From contig JBFLGF010000190.1 of the NCBI GenBank assembly GCA_050230475.1, positions 1 through 64,000 of the forward strand: 64,000 nucleotides of DNA, read 5' to 3'. Source of the DNA: Ancylonema sp. (Eukaryota). Every line of letters begins with the position of its first letter. The first letter of the stretch is position 1. Shown here piece by piece: positions 1-12,600 of this stretch. Position numbers and translations under genes: made by a program. The notes beneath the pieces are model-generated. The model was not told where the DNA came from, searched no databases, and saw only the letters and a list, made by a program, of their open reading frames with translations.

Positions 1-1354
1 GAGGGATTTTATGGTGATTCTGGTGGCGGGCGAGGAAACGGAGGTGCGCGCGGAGGCATGCGCGGTGGTGGAAACAGATAAGATAAACAATCGTGGCGGA
101 GGTCGGGGAGCAGGCCCTGGCGGTCGAGGAGGATTCACTAGTGGTCGAGGCGGAGGATCTCGAGGTCGCGGAGGAGCGCAGAGAGGTCGCGGGCGAGGAC
201 AGGCAAGCCGAAAATGCTATGCGTGCGGGAGTCTGGATCACATCAATCCGGACAGACCGAAGAAAGAGGTGACATGCAATAATTGTAATGCGGTCGGGCA
301 TTTGGAAGCTGCCAGGTTCGGGAGATGCACGTCAATCTGTATTCGACGTAGCGCCTCTGGAAGTGAGGAGGAAGTATTGAGCAGCTTCCCAAGCTGCCAG
401 GCAAGGAGGGAGTCTCTTGGCTGCCCGAGTGAATGTCAGTGACGTGGGGCGTCCCGTCCTAAACGCATCAGTGGTCTACCCACTTGCCAGCGGCGATTGC
501 GGGGAGGATAGTCCGCAGTCCTAGCCGTACGATTCGATAGTCATGGCTACCATGGAGGTTGGACTCCTCCACCGTAGGTTGGGTCATACCCCAGCCCTGC
601 TCATCCGCAAGATGGCGTCGGGTGGCCTGGTGCGGGGGCTGGAGGGCGGGGTCAAGGGCGATATGGGGGTCTGTCGAGGCTGCCGCATGGGAAAGCCAGG
701 GCAGCACCCGCAGTCGCCGAAGGATCCAGTGTACCGGGCGCAGACACCGCTGGAACTGGTGCACATTGACACGTCGGGTCCGCTGTCAACTAGCACATGG
801 GATGGGAGCAAATATTAGGTAGTGATTGTGGACGATTATTCCCGCAAGTCTTGGATTCTCCTAGTGAGGGAGAAAACGGACATTCCGCAACAGGTGAAGG
901 AATGGAAAGTGGTGATAGAGGCGGTGGCGGGGAGTGTAATTCGCGAGATGCGGTCAGACAATGGCATATAATTCAAGGGAGCTGAGTTTGTGCAATAGAT
1001 GGCTGAGAAGAGGACATCGATGGAGACCACCGCACCCAGGAACCCGCAAAGCAACGGGGTCGCGGAGAGGATGAATCGGACGCTACAAGAGCGGGCGCGT
1101 TCGATGATGGCGGAAACCGACCTTAGTCCCGGGGGATGGGGGGACGTTGTGAGATGTTCCTCGTACATGCGAAATCGGGGGTTGGTGAGGGGACTTGGCG
1201 ATAAGACCCCGGAGGAGCTGTAGTCCGGCAAGGTTCCCTCTGTCATACACATGGTGTACGGGTGCAAGGCGTTTTGTCAGATAGAGAAGAAAGACAGGAG
1301 CTCAATGTTGGGGGTCTTGGCTTGGGAGGGGGTGCTTGTGGGGTACTCGGAGAC
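1..1354 (+). mobile_element. Degenerate Ty1/Copia fragment A (gag C-terminus, GAG-pre-integrase, integrase core), cut by an LTR insertion at 1355
   Basis: RGG-rich gag with knuckles CYACGSLDH and CNNCNAVGH (ORF 11-442). LHRRLGH...CRGCRMGK...PLELVHIDTSGP (543-818). PQSNGVAERMNRTLQERARSMM (999-1223). In-frame stops and frameshifts present. Confidence 0.9.
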
Positions 1355-2530
1355 TGTAGGAATATTCGGATAGCTATGCCTTATGCTTGCTAGTCCGGTT
1401 GTGACCGGTTACTCCAACCGGGCGCCATATTCCTAGATGTGCTTGTATGCGGGGCCGGGCACGATTGTGTCCGGGCACCTGATCTGTTGTCACGCATTAT
1501 GTCGACACCTAGAGTCGTTATTAGCGGTTGTCATGTTTGACGTGTCTTGATTGGTTTGATCTAGTCATGTCAGGAGTGTCCGGCATGTGCCGTTGACACA
1601 TAGATGAGTTGTCACTCAAGGATAGGCCGACGGTCAATTGTACCGAGTCGGCACACAACAATTTGTAAAGCGCATCGGGTATTACCATCCCCGATGCGAT
1701 CACAATTATTAATTCATTCCACACACGCAACTCTTGTCTCGTTATCAGTGATAGAGATCCTTTTGCGTACGGTTCGTTTGTCGCCCACCAAATCTCCTGC
1801 ACGTCTAATCGCTCAAAAGCTTAAAGGTGGTTGGTTATGGGCCCACGTGCGGTCTAGTTTAGACGCCGTATTGGTTAAGAACTACAGGCTCCACGCGATC
1901 CGCTGCGAAGATCTCTTTGAACGGTAAATTGTGTTTGTGAGGGCAAATTTAGCCGTGGTTATTAAGCGCTGCACGTAATTTCGACATTGCGGTGCAGGAA
2001 ATTGAGCTGTGAGTTGCATTGCAGGAATTGCACTGCGAGCTGAAAGCTGCGTGAGAATTCTCGTAAATCCTACACAATTGTTGCCATAAATGTCGGACAA
2101 GTCGCGCAAATTCCGCAGTTTACTGGAGCAGATTATACAGGATGGGCCTTCAAGGTCAAGTATGGGTTAGCAGACAAAAAGCTGCATCGTGTGGTCCTAG
2201 ATTGGGACAGCCTGCTGCGGCGGCGTCGTCCCGATGTGATTTTTCCATTGACACTAGATAATGAGCTGCAATTTATTGCTAGGGGGATCGACGTTGATGT
2301 CGAGAGGAGGACCAGGGAGCAGCAGATTTCCCAGCAGCTGCCACAGCTCGAGACATGGGACGAGGAGAATCTGGCTGCCGTGGCCTACATTGTCAAGCAT
2401 TTGGGTCCCTCGGAGCTGGCGCACGTCACGGACTGCACGACAGCTGCCGGGATGTGGGAGGCATTGAAGATATTCTATATGGTTCAGGGAGCGATCGAGA
2501 TCGCTAACACCGATGCACCGATCGCTAACA
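1355..2530 (+). mobile_element. 5' part of Copia element B1 (LTR ~1355-1824, PBS, truncated gag from ATG 2090)
   Basis: LTR begins TGTAGGAATATT and is homologous to LTRs at 2902 and 9079. PBS at 1833-1846. Gag motif AMWEALK-like (GMWEALKIFY). Homology is lost after ~2530. Confidence 0.9.
1833..1846 (+). promoter_or_regulatory. Primer-binding site GGTTATGGGCCCAC (internal/half tRNA-iMet type)
   Basis: Complementary to the anticodon arm of plant tRNA-iMet. The same motif follows 5' LTRs at 3346, 18893, 46566-46579 (-) and ~51690. Confidence 0.85.
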
Positions 2531-2901
2531 CTAAGAGCCGACACCGAGCCAGTGTGGAACCACCTTCAGGTAATAAGTGTGCACATATATTTCGCCCTCA
2601 TCTCATTCAACCACATACCATACTCGCTCACAAAAGGGTGAAGATTGTTTGTGTAGGGTTTGAGCACACGGTACATGATGGCGTGTTCTCGTGGGTTACC
2701 ACGTAAGTACGTATTGCATACGTGTGGTAGCGTTTGTATCACTTACCTCTTTAACATTTGGCAAATAAAACATAGAATGCGAAGCCCACCCATCCCCCAC
2801 CCCAAACTCCTTGTCCCCCTCTAAATCGCCGTAGCTTCATCTAAATCCCCAGAGGACCTTAAAAGTTTCCAAAGAATCCCATACAAACAGAAAGCAGCCC
2901 A

Positions 2902-5900
2902 TGTTAGAATATTTTGGATAGCCATATGTTATGCTTGGCCATATGTTATGCTTGCTAGTCCAGTTGTACCCGGTTACTCTAACCGGGAGCAATATTCCTA
3001 TATGTGCCTATATGCGGGGCCGGGCAAGTTTGTGTCCGGGCACCTGACATGTTGCCGACGCTTAGAGTCGTTATTTGTTTGACGCGTCGTGTGTCGGAAC
3101 TGTCCGGCATGTGCCGTTGACATGTAGAAGAGCTGTCAGTCAATGATAGGCCGACGGTCAATTGTGCCGACCGTCGGCACACAACAATCTGTAAAGCGCA
3201 TCGGGTATTACCATCCCCGATGCAATCACAATAATAATTCGTTCCACACACGCAACTCCGTAGATCATCAGTGAGAGATCTTTGCGTACGGTTCGTTTTG
3301 TCGCCCACCTAAATTCCGGCACGTCTAATCACTCAAAAGCTTCTAGGATATGGGCCCACGTGCGGTCTAGTTCAGACGCCGTGTTGGTTAAAAACTAAAG
3401 GCTCCACGCGATTTCGCTGCGGTAATCTCTGTGAACGGTATATTCTGCCAGTGAGCGCAAATATATTCGTAGTTGTTAAGGTCTGCACGTAATTTTGACA
3501 TTGCGCTGCAAGCTTTCGAGCTGAGTTCTGCAGTGCAGGAATTGCACTGAGAACTCGAGCTGAGCGAGAAATTTTGTGAAATCCTAAACAATAGCTGCCA
3601 CAATGACGGATAGGTCGCAAATCCCTCAGTTTACTGGAGCTGATTATACAGGATGGGCCTTCAAGGTCAAGTATGGGCTGGCGGACAAGAAACTGCATCG
3701 TTTGGTGATGGATTGAGACAGCTTGCCGCGAAAGTGTCGCCCAGACGTTATCCTTCCATTGACACCTGACAACGAGCTGCAATTGGTGCCGCCAGGGGGA
3801 TCGACGTTGATGTCGAAATATTGGTCAGGCAGCAGCAGATTTCCCAGCAGCTGCTGGAGCTGGAGAAATGGGATGAAGGCAATCTGGCTGCTATGTCATA
3901 CATTGTGAAGCACCTAGCCTTCGGAGCTGACGCATGTCACGGACTGCACAACAGCTGCCGGAATGTGGGATGCCTTGAGGACATTCTACCAGGTGCAGGG
4001 TGCGATCGAGATCGCAAATACGGAAGCACTGCTGAGCGCGATCATTCAGACAGAGGCGGAGGACCTCAACGTGTACGTCAAGCGTCTGCAGCAGCTGGCA
4101 CCAGGGATCTGAAAAATCTGGGGGCGCCAGTATCTCCGACGAAGCAGGCGATCAACCTGCTGAACTCTTTAAACACGCATTACAGCCCAATGGTCTCGAC
4201 GCTGATGCCGTGGTCGGAATCGTCTCCACATCTGTTCACGATTCCCCACATCGTGAGTGCGCTGCTGCGCGACGACCCGTGAGGAAGGAGCTGAATGAGC
4301 GTAAGAGGGGGGCGCTGCCAGGAGGTCACCAAGCGCATTATGGTGGACCTGGGGGGGGGAAAACGGAGCTGGAGGTAGCAGCAGATCTGGTGGTGCGAAC
4401 CTGGAGCTGGTCGCAGAGACGCTGCAGGCGTCGAAATGCTTCGGCCTGCCACAAATTCGGCCACATCAGAGCGACATGCCCTTCACCAGCTCTTGGCGGA
4501 GGCCATGCCGGAGCCTGGAAATGTCACAGGTGCCACCAGGCAGGCCACCGAGCTGCTCAGTGCCCTGCGACATCGCCATCGCCAGCAGCTGGTCGCCAGC
4601 AGCTGGAAATGTAGCGCACGCTACTCAGGGAAGTTCAGGGGGGAGACAGAAGTGCAGATATTGCAACATTGTAGGGCATACAATTGAACAAAGTAGAAAA
4701 CGAACATCTGACATGGCTCTAAGGAACCCAGAAGCTGCTCGAAGGGCTGATGCACAAGCTAGACTTGCACGCTTTGCTGACAAACCTTTCGACGCTAATG
4801 TGTTCTCGTTCGTGTTGCTCGGGCATTGTCTGCTGGTTCTCATACAGACTCCCTGATCCTGGATCAGGTGCTACCGACCACATTTTCACGGCACGTGAAC
4901 ATTTTGTGGAGTACACACCAACCCGAAGGCCTACATCACCACTGCCGACGGCTCGTCACACAAGGTGGAGGGCACTGGTTTCGTGCACATCCGAGTGAGG
5001 ACAGTGAGGAATGGCGACGCATTTTTTTTCTGTGTGCAGCCACTCAGCTCGATCCACGTCCCAACCTTTGCCTGCACCCTCGTGTCGACATCGTGCCTCG
5101 TCAGAAGTGGTGGGCAGAGCTTTCTACAGCTGCCCACGGGTCCTGAATTAAACAAGGGAAATGTGAAATGGGGTGATGTGCTGCAGCAGCCTAGTGGTCT
5201 GACTCTGCTTGCTGCCACAATCGTTATGCCTGGATCTCATGATACTACAGCGAATTTGTCCACAGGCATGGTCTGGATCACAAATTGGGTCACCCCAGAT
5301 CTGATGTGATGTCAGATTTCACCAGACGTGGGGACATCCCAGAGTTAAGTCAGGTGGAATTAACTGAAGTAAAGGGATGTCAGGTTTGCTGTCAGGGGAA
5401 GATGACTCAGCTCAGTCATGCTAAGGTCAGTGCAGATCTGGGAACATGCCCCAAGATGGGTCGCATCCACCTGGATCTCATTGGACCACTGTCTGTCAGG
5501 TCAGCTAACGGAGGGTATACATATGCTCAGACAGGGATAGAGGTATCCACACGTCTGTCATTTGTGAGCTTGTTAAAAACAAAGGAGAAGCACTGAACCG
5601 AGCAAGAGTCACTATACAATTGCTCGAGGTCCCAGTCAGGTCTGCCCCTACAGTCTATTCGGACAGATAAGGGAGGGGAGTATATGTCTCAGGACTGGAT
5701 AAACTACTGTGGGGGGAAGGGTATTGATAAGCAAACCACAGAAGCATATAGTCCTGAACAAAACGGAATCTGTGAAAGACTGAATAGAACAACAGAAAAA
5801 ATGCGATGCATCTTAATCTGGTCAGGTCTACCGAAGTCTTATTACGTGGATGTGGCATTATTACATGCAAACTGGCTAAGGAACAGAACTCCCACTAAGT

Positions 5901-8900
5901 CGCTTGCTGGCAGAATCCCAACTGAAGTCTGGGAGGGAAAGAACATGAAAATGAACAAAAGTCACAATTTTGGGTGTCTGGTTCAATACTTGAAGGTTGG
6001 GGGGGAAAAGAACATTCAATGGGACAAGTTTGCCCCTCGCACTTGCTTTGGTGTGTTTCTGGGGATGGTTGCGGGGAGTGCAGGCTACAACGTCTTCGAC
6101 CCCCATAGGGTGGGGGTGAGATATCACGCATGGACGTGCGGTTCTTCGAGGAGGTGCCGGGGTACCCGAGAAGCTCATGCGGGGGAGAGCCCCAGGTAGG
6201 TTCAGGCGGCAGCAGAAAAACACTTTTTCTACCTTTTTCCCAACCCCGAAGATGAACCAGCAGCAGCAGTTGTGCCAGCACCAGCAGTCCACCCCAACAT
6301 GCCAGCAGCAGCAGTCCACCCAATCATGCCAGCAGTTCTGCAACCGATGCCAGCAGTTCTGCAGCCAATCCCAGCACCAGAAGAACCAGAGCAGTCCCTG
6401 AGCCAGCAGCTGCCATCGACTATCCCCGCACGACAACTTCCAGCCACAAGCTGCTGAGGTCCCTAACCCCACGATTGTGCTGTCTGACAGCCAATCAGGG
6501 ATCAACAACGCAGGAGGTCGAGATGCAGGGGAGGAGGAGGTGCAAGGAGGGGGTGCGAACCCAGATGTGGGGGAGCCAGGCAGCGTAGCTGATCGGGTGA
6601 TGGCCAGAAGGCGAGCCAACTTTGCCGAGTATGGGGATCTCATGTGATGTGATGGGGAGGAGTTCGATGACGCAGCTCTCACGCCAACTACTCAGCGACT
6701 GTGGGAGCCCAGCAGTTTCTACACTGGCTTCAACGGTCCTGTGGATCCTGGCTACGCATGCGTAGCATCCAACAGCAACTCCTCCGAGCCACTCACCCTC
6801 AACCATGCGATGATGAGGCCAGACTGGGAGTGGGACAAGGCCATTGTGGAAGAGCTCGCCTAGCAGCCCTGGAGACGTTCAACTCCTTTGAGGTGTGTGT
6901 GCTTCCTCCAGGTAAAAAGGCTGTGGGGTGCAGATATGTGTTTAAGGTCAAAACAACACCACAGGGGGAAATTGAAAGATATAAAGTCAGACTGGTCGCA
7001 CAGGGTTCTTACAGCAAGAGGGTAATTGATTTATATTGAAGTATTGCACCAGTAATCGACAGTACATCTATCACTCTACTCCTCTCTATAGCCAACCAAT
7101 ATGATTGGGAACTGGAACAGATGGACGTAATCACAGCGTTCCTGCATGGACGTCTGGAAGAAGTAGTTTACATGAAAATACCACCACGTATGTATATCAA
7201 TGGGGGTGCTGAGGGAAAGGTCTTACGACTTAAGGGGGCTTTATACGGTCTAAAACAGAGTAGCACGTGTGGCAAGAGATGTTCAGAAAGTTTATGATAT
7301 CTGAAGGGTTTACACAATGCGTCATGGACACATGTATATATATGAGGGGGGAAGCAGACAGCAGAATCATACTGGGCATACATGTAGATGATCAGGTGAT
7401 CACAGGTCCTAACGCAATGGTCGTCAAAACTTTTTTTTAAAGAAGATATGGGTAAAAAGTTCAAAGTCAAGGATCTGGGTCCCTAACCCATATCCGAGGG
7501 GTATCCTGGGGGTGGAAGTGAAGAGGGATAACAGATAAGACTGCTCACACTGGGACAGTCAGGTTTCTTAAGGGGAGTGCTCGAACGCTATGGGCTGCAT
7601 GAGTGTAATCCAACCAAACTCCCCCTCGCCCCTGGAACTCAATTTACACAGAATGATGAACCAACTCTTCCCCCTACCCCTGAAGAAATAACCGACTTTC
7701 GAGGGAAAGTGGGAGATCTCTCATATATATGCCATGAAACAAACCAGAAGACTGGACATCGGGTATGCTCTTGGGGTACTGGCTAAACACATGGGAAAAT
7801 CCTGGGGTCGCACACATAAGGGCGTTACATCAACTATTCAGATACCTTAAAGGGACTGTGAACCACGGACTGACGTTTGTGGGTAAAGACATCTTTGAAG
7901 TAAAGGGTTACTGCGATGCATCATGGAACAGTTGCAGCATGACAGGAAAGTCAGTCACAGGATGGGTAACCACGGTTGGGGGGACAGCACTGAGTTGGAA
8001 GTCGCAGAAGCAGTCCACTGTTGCACAGAGCACTGCTGAGGCTGAATATATCGCTGCCTGTAGTAGTGTATCTAAGTGCTGTTATCTAAAGTATCTCTTG
8101 AAAGAACGCAAATTCCCAAACCAAATCACAATCCACACTGACTCAACCTCAGCTCTCTCCATGATCCAGAATCCTGTGCAACGACAGAAAGCAAAACACT
8201 TTAATGTGGTATATCACTGGGTACGGGAATGCCACAGCACGGGGAGACTAAAATATGTGTATCTTGCAGGCGCCAATCAACCAGCAGATATGCTAACTAA
8301 AGCTCTTCCCCAAGTTTTACTGGACAGACACAGCAAAAGTCTAGGTTTTGGACGGTTATACTGAACTGGGGGTGTCAGTCTTTTCTTTTATTTTTATGAT
8401 CAAGGTTTCGAATGCCATGCATGTTGGCAGGGGGTGTGTTGTTATGTTTCTTTTCATGCAGAAGTAATGGGGAGGGTACCACCAACTTCAGCTGATCCAG
8501 CTAAAGTCACACTTTCACCTTAATACCTTGAAAAGAACACTTGAAAACGCTTAAAATCAGAAAGTGTGAATCTGCTCAACTTTAAACTTGTCAGTTTTTT
8601 TCTTTTTCGAATCTGCTCAACTTTAAACTTGTCAGTTTGTTCTGAATTTTCGAATGTATGTCCTAAACATTGTTGCAAAACTTGTGTCAAAAGTTGGTGC
8701 TGATAGAACTGGTAATTTTGAAGTTTTGCTGTTTTGAGATTTTTCTGACTGGAAAGTGTAAAGTTTCAGAATCGTAAAGTTGAAAAAGTTAAAAAATCAA
8801 AAATCCTAACTTGTGGTATTTGTTTGTATGTTCAGGGCTTCGGCCTGAAGACTTCATGGAGTTCCGATCGGCTTCCGAACGGCTGCATTTTTCGATAGAA

Positions 8901-9522
8901 TCCCCTAGCGAGCATCGTTCGTATCGATAGATAGGGCCCCCTAGCACGCTTGTATGCTAGGGAAGACCAAACTACTTTATATGCTATGCAATGGTTCCCA
9001 TGATTTAGCCCGTAACTAGGGTAGTCCCTTGGATGTCTACATCTATGCCAACTTTTAGCATGGCATCCGAGGGGGTGTTGTAGGAATATTTGGATAGCCA
9101 TACCTTATGCTTGCTAGTCCACTTGTAACCGGTTACTCTAACCGGGAGCAATATTCCTAGATGTGCTTATATGCGGGGCCGGGCACGATTGTGTCCGGGC
9201 ACCTGATATGTTGTCGACATTTAGAGTCGTGATTGCTTGACGTGTCTTGATTGGTTTGATCTAGTCATGTCAAGAGTGTCCGGCATGTTCCGTTGACACG
9301 TAGATGAGTTGTCACTCAGGGATAGGCCGACGGTCAATTGTACCGACCGTCGGCACACAACGACATGTAAAACGCATCGGGTATTACCCCCCGATGCACA
9401 ATAATTAATTCGTTCCACACATTCCACACACGCAACTCCTGTCTCGTTTGATAGAGATCCTCGGTTCGTTTTGTCGCCCACCTAATTCTCCTGCACGTCT
9501 AATCACTCAAAAGCTTATAACA
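2902..9522 (+). mobile_element. Full-length but degenerate Ty1/Copia element B2 (5' LTR ~2902-3345, 3' LTR ~9079-9522)
   Basis: Two homologous LTRs, PBS 3346-3359, purine tract GAGGGGG ~9069-9075. Internal order is gag-PR-INT-RT-RH. No matching TSD found. Confidence 0.93.
3603..8364 (+). pseudogene. Frameshifted Copia gag-pol of B2
   Basis: Knuckles CHKFGHIRATC and CHRCHQAGHRAAQC. Protease xSGATDH. Integrase IHLDLIGP and PEQNGICERLNRT. RT YKVRLVAQG and HVDD. RNase H GYCDASW...SWKSQKQSTVAQSTAEAEY...QPADMLTKAL. Confidence 0.93.
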
Positions 9523-9539
9523 TTGAATAAATTGACTAC

Positions 9540-9736
9540 AAGGTTACAAATTCCGGTAGTGTGCAATGAAAAATAAATAAAGATGGTGAATTTGATGTGT
9601 ATGTTTTCGATTTGGTGTAGTGCCGTCAATAAAACAATATGCAGATGTGTCCCGTAGTGGCCATAAATAATGACTGGGTAAATGAAAAAATATATTTATT
9701 TATTTCTTATTGCACATTACCAGAATTTGTAACCTT
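9540..9736. mobile_element. MITE-like element with ~27-bp imperfect TIRs
   Basis: Left AAGGTTACAAATTCCGGTAGTGTGCAAT versus right ATTGCACATTACCAGAATTTGTAACCTT. The internal part recurs at ~22550-22655. Confidence 0.75.
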
Positions 9737-10803
9737 TGTCATCTGATTCAACATACGCATTCCTGGCTAACAAATCTCATTGATTTTGGACCACAAAAAT
9801 AATTCAGGTGTGAGCGATAGGTTTGAGATTGAAGGGCAATATGTACAGTACCATCAATACCTTTGAACCCTCACATTTGGGATATTTCTATTTTAAACAA
9901 GCTATATGTTTGAATCAATTTGAATCAAAGCTCCGAGCATCTGTCACCAGATGCACCACCAAAGTGTTGACGACTGCGGATCCCGTCAATGATCCCAAAA
10001 CCACACCAACCTGGGCCCACACGACAAAACACACAATCAAAGACGATACCCATTAATATAGCATCGAGAATATAAACAACCATCGGATTTTCATTACAAG
10101 ATTTTGGCCACACGAACACTTGATTTATCCCTACTAAATGTGTCCAACGGTGAAAGCATTCTCACTCCAAAACCTATAGCAGATAGACTCAAGATTCGGA
10201 TTCGTAATTTTTTTAAACACAGATCAATTAGCGGTAAAGAAACGGTCCGACAATTACATAAAACCTCCCCTATAGAGCGCTGACGGTGTCTTCCACTCCA
10301 CTGGCACACGGCTAGAAACACATTTTCCGGTTGTTGTTTTTTTCTCATAAGTCTGATTGGATGTGCTAAACATCTTGTTTGAATGAAAATTGTCGCAAAA
10401 TAATCAGATGAACTTTTTGCATGGGAGTTTTTGTTTGTTTTTTGGTGTTAATTTATTAAGAAATGTATTGTTGTTTTGTTTTCACTGGAGGCATTCATTG
10501 GCGACTCTTTGCTTGATCTTGCATTTTGATTGAGCTAACCGGTTGTTTTCTTTATCATGCGAACATAGTTGACCGTGATTGAAAGTAGTTATATTGTTGA
10601 CGTGCTAGATGGATTCGGCAGAGAGCCTGTCTCAAAAACAAAGAAATCGACAGATTTTGGAAAAATCTGTAAAACTTGACTTTTTAAAATTTTATGCGTC
10701 GATGAAAATGACGGATGTCGGTTGATGTCTTGGCTTCTTGTCTGGGTGAGCAGCATTAGGATTGGGCCTTTGGTCATCATCTGGATCTCACTCCCCGCCC
10801 CAG

Positions 10804-11050
10804 CTACGAAAGCTCTGCGTCGGAGGCTGGGACACATGGACAGATGATGTGTAGCAGGGTCAGGATGTATTGCAGAATACCGGGTTTCTTGGTGTTGTTC
10901 ACTGTCGAGACATAGGTTTTCTCAAATGCAGTGCAGACACGATGATCAGGTTGGTTAGGAAGTCCGAATTGCATTGGTTTCCAGTAGTAGGCATGGTGAG
11001 AGGTGCGTGAGTCATACTGTAGTTGAATGGCATGCAAGGGTGAAGGAAAT
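10804..11050 (-). pseudogene. Highly eroded reverse transcriptase remnant
   Basis: LHAIQLQYDSRTSHHAYYWKPMQFGLPNQP resembles the Gypsy RT segment FHQI...KTAF...Y.W..MPFGLKNAP. No YxDD follows. Confidence 0.5.
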
Positions 11051-11567
11051 TGTTATGAAAGAAATTGTGTGGTGTTGACATGTGGTGAGACAGCAGGGGT
11101 TGACACAGGGTCAGGATCTAATGTGGTTACTCACCAAGGTGTAAAACGTGAGGTTTTTTCAGAGAGAGGTGGTGAGTGACAAATCAAATCTGGAACTTCT
11201 GCCAAAAAATCCAAAATATTTTGTTCATTTTGAAATAACTTGGTTGCATTTGCAGCGAGAGACTCTCTTTGAGTGATGGCTGGATGAGAGCAAGGGTAAA
11301 TTGTTGTCGATGATGTCGATGTTTGGGGTGAACTAGATACGGAAGAAAATGCACTGGTGGTTTTCCAAGGTTCGTCATTAACAGGTGGTGGGATTGCCAA
11401 TGGCGCAAGGAGAATTGAGCGTACAGGTTTATTCTTTTTGTTTTGTTGCTTGGGTTTCACATGCATTGGTTGGGTGACAGGATGCATTGTAACTTTGGTT
11501 GAGTTGACCCTCTACCTCAACAAGGATGGTGGAGAATACCTGAGAGTTGAGGTGAGGCGTTGTCCTT

Positions 11568-12600
11568 CTATGGGTTGTAGGTGGCCATGATGATAGATGC
11601 CAGCCACTGGGTGATGTGGCGATCGAGGGACAAACCAAGGGTGTTGCGACGTTGAGCAGCGGTGCGGATCATTCCCACAGGTCCTGCGGTGGCTTCCGGG
11701 GTGAAGCCCATGGCACGTTCCAGATCATAAGGTGAGGGTGTAATGTAGGTGCTAGATTGTTGTTCATACACCATGCCCTCGCCTGGGTGACCGGTGGCCG
11801 GATCGATGGTGAAGTCAAAACTGTCAGGGTACGGGGTAATAGGCGGGAATGCGTCGGGGTTGCCCAGCAATGTTCACAATCGGGGGTTGCACATCACTGG
11901 CACGCACTGGTGTCGGAAAATGTCATGGTTCTAAAATGTATGCAAGTTGACATCCTATGGTTTCACCAGGTAAACAAGCTTCGAGAAGGCGGGTTGGCAT
12001 GCGGTTCTGCCACACAAGGGTTGACCGGCGGTTGTTGGAGTTGACCGCGGTTGCCTCGATGACGGCTGGGTGTCCAGGAAAGTGGTAACCAAAGGGTGCA
12101 TCTCTGCTACCCAGGGTGGTGAATCCAAAAACCTGTGGGTGAACAAAATGTAACAAAGAGGGAGATCCTGGATGTCTGAGAGGTTTTGCAGAACCTTGAG
12201 CAGCGCCAAGATAGGGTATACACGGTGATCGAAGCCCCCCCTAAGTGGACTAAAGGTGACCTCCGTTTCCTTGTTCCGATTCCCCCTCACAATGTCGATT
12301 TGGCCACGCTCGTTGATGAGGCGCCGGAAGGCAGCATCTGCCGTTTCTTCGATGATGTTGCTCCCCAAACGGCTGCAGCTGCCTGCGATCGCGCTGTCGG
12401 GGAGTTGTCCGGGGATTGTCGTTGAGCTTTTGCAGGGCGAAGTACACAGCTTCGTCCGCCTTGCTCTCCACGTGCGTCGTGTAAGTCCTCCCCACAAAGT
12501 CGCCGCATTCCAAGTGGAGGTAGAGGATGCTGATGTCGGATCCCCCAAATGGTTTGTAGATGTGCACGCCTTTGCTGAGGATGGACGGGTGAAGGGGTGC
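11568..12600 (-). pseudogene. C5-cytosine DNA methyltransferase-like domain (split over four ORFs, catalytic motifs degenerate)
   Basis: Motif I-like GVHIYKPFGGS. GQIDIV at the motif IV position. Motif VIII-like GHPAVIEATAVNSNNRRSTLVWQN. Motif IX/X-like PSPYDLERAMGFTPEATAG...AAQRRNTLGLSLDRHITQWL, resembling the E.ER.xGF...R...LG.S pattern of DNMT3/DRM-type enzymes. Order and spacing are correct. Confidence 0.72.

Noticed and set aside
5876..6682. Long antisense ORFs over Copia pol (also 43507-44076, 62907-63617)
   Set aside because: Shadow frames of GC-rich or repetitive TE coding sequence with no independent motifs.
8365..9070. env-like extra ORF in the long 3' region of the Copia elements
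   Set aside because: The ~700-bp region is T-rich and has no ORF conserved among B2, C2 and D.
11568..12600. Host DRM/DNMT3 gene or bacterial restriction-modification contaminant
   Set aside because: No introns or UBA/chromo domains and no partner nuclease. It is colinear with gag-protease on the same strand.
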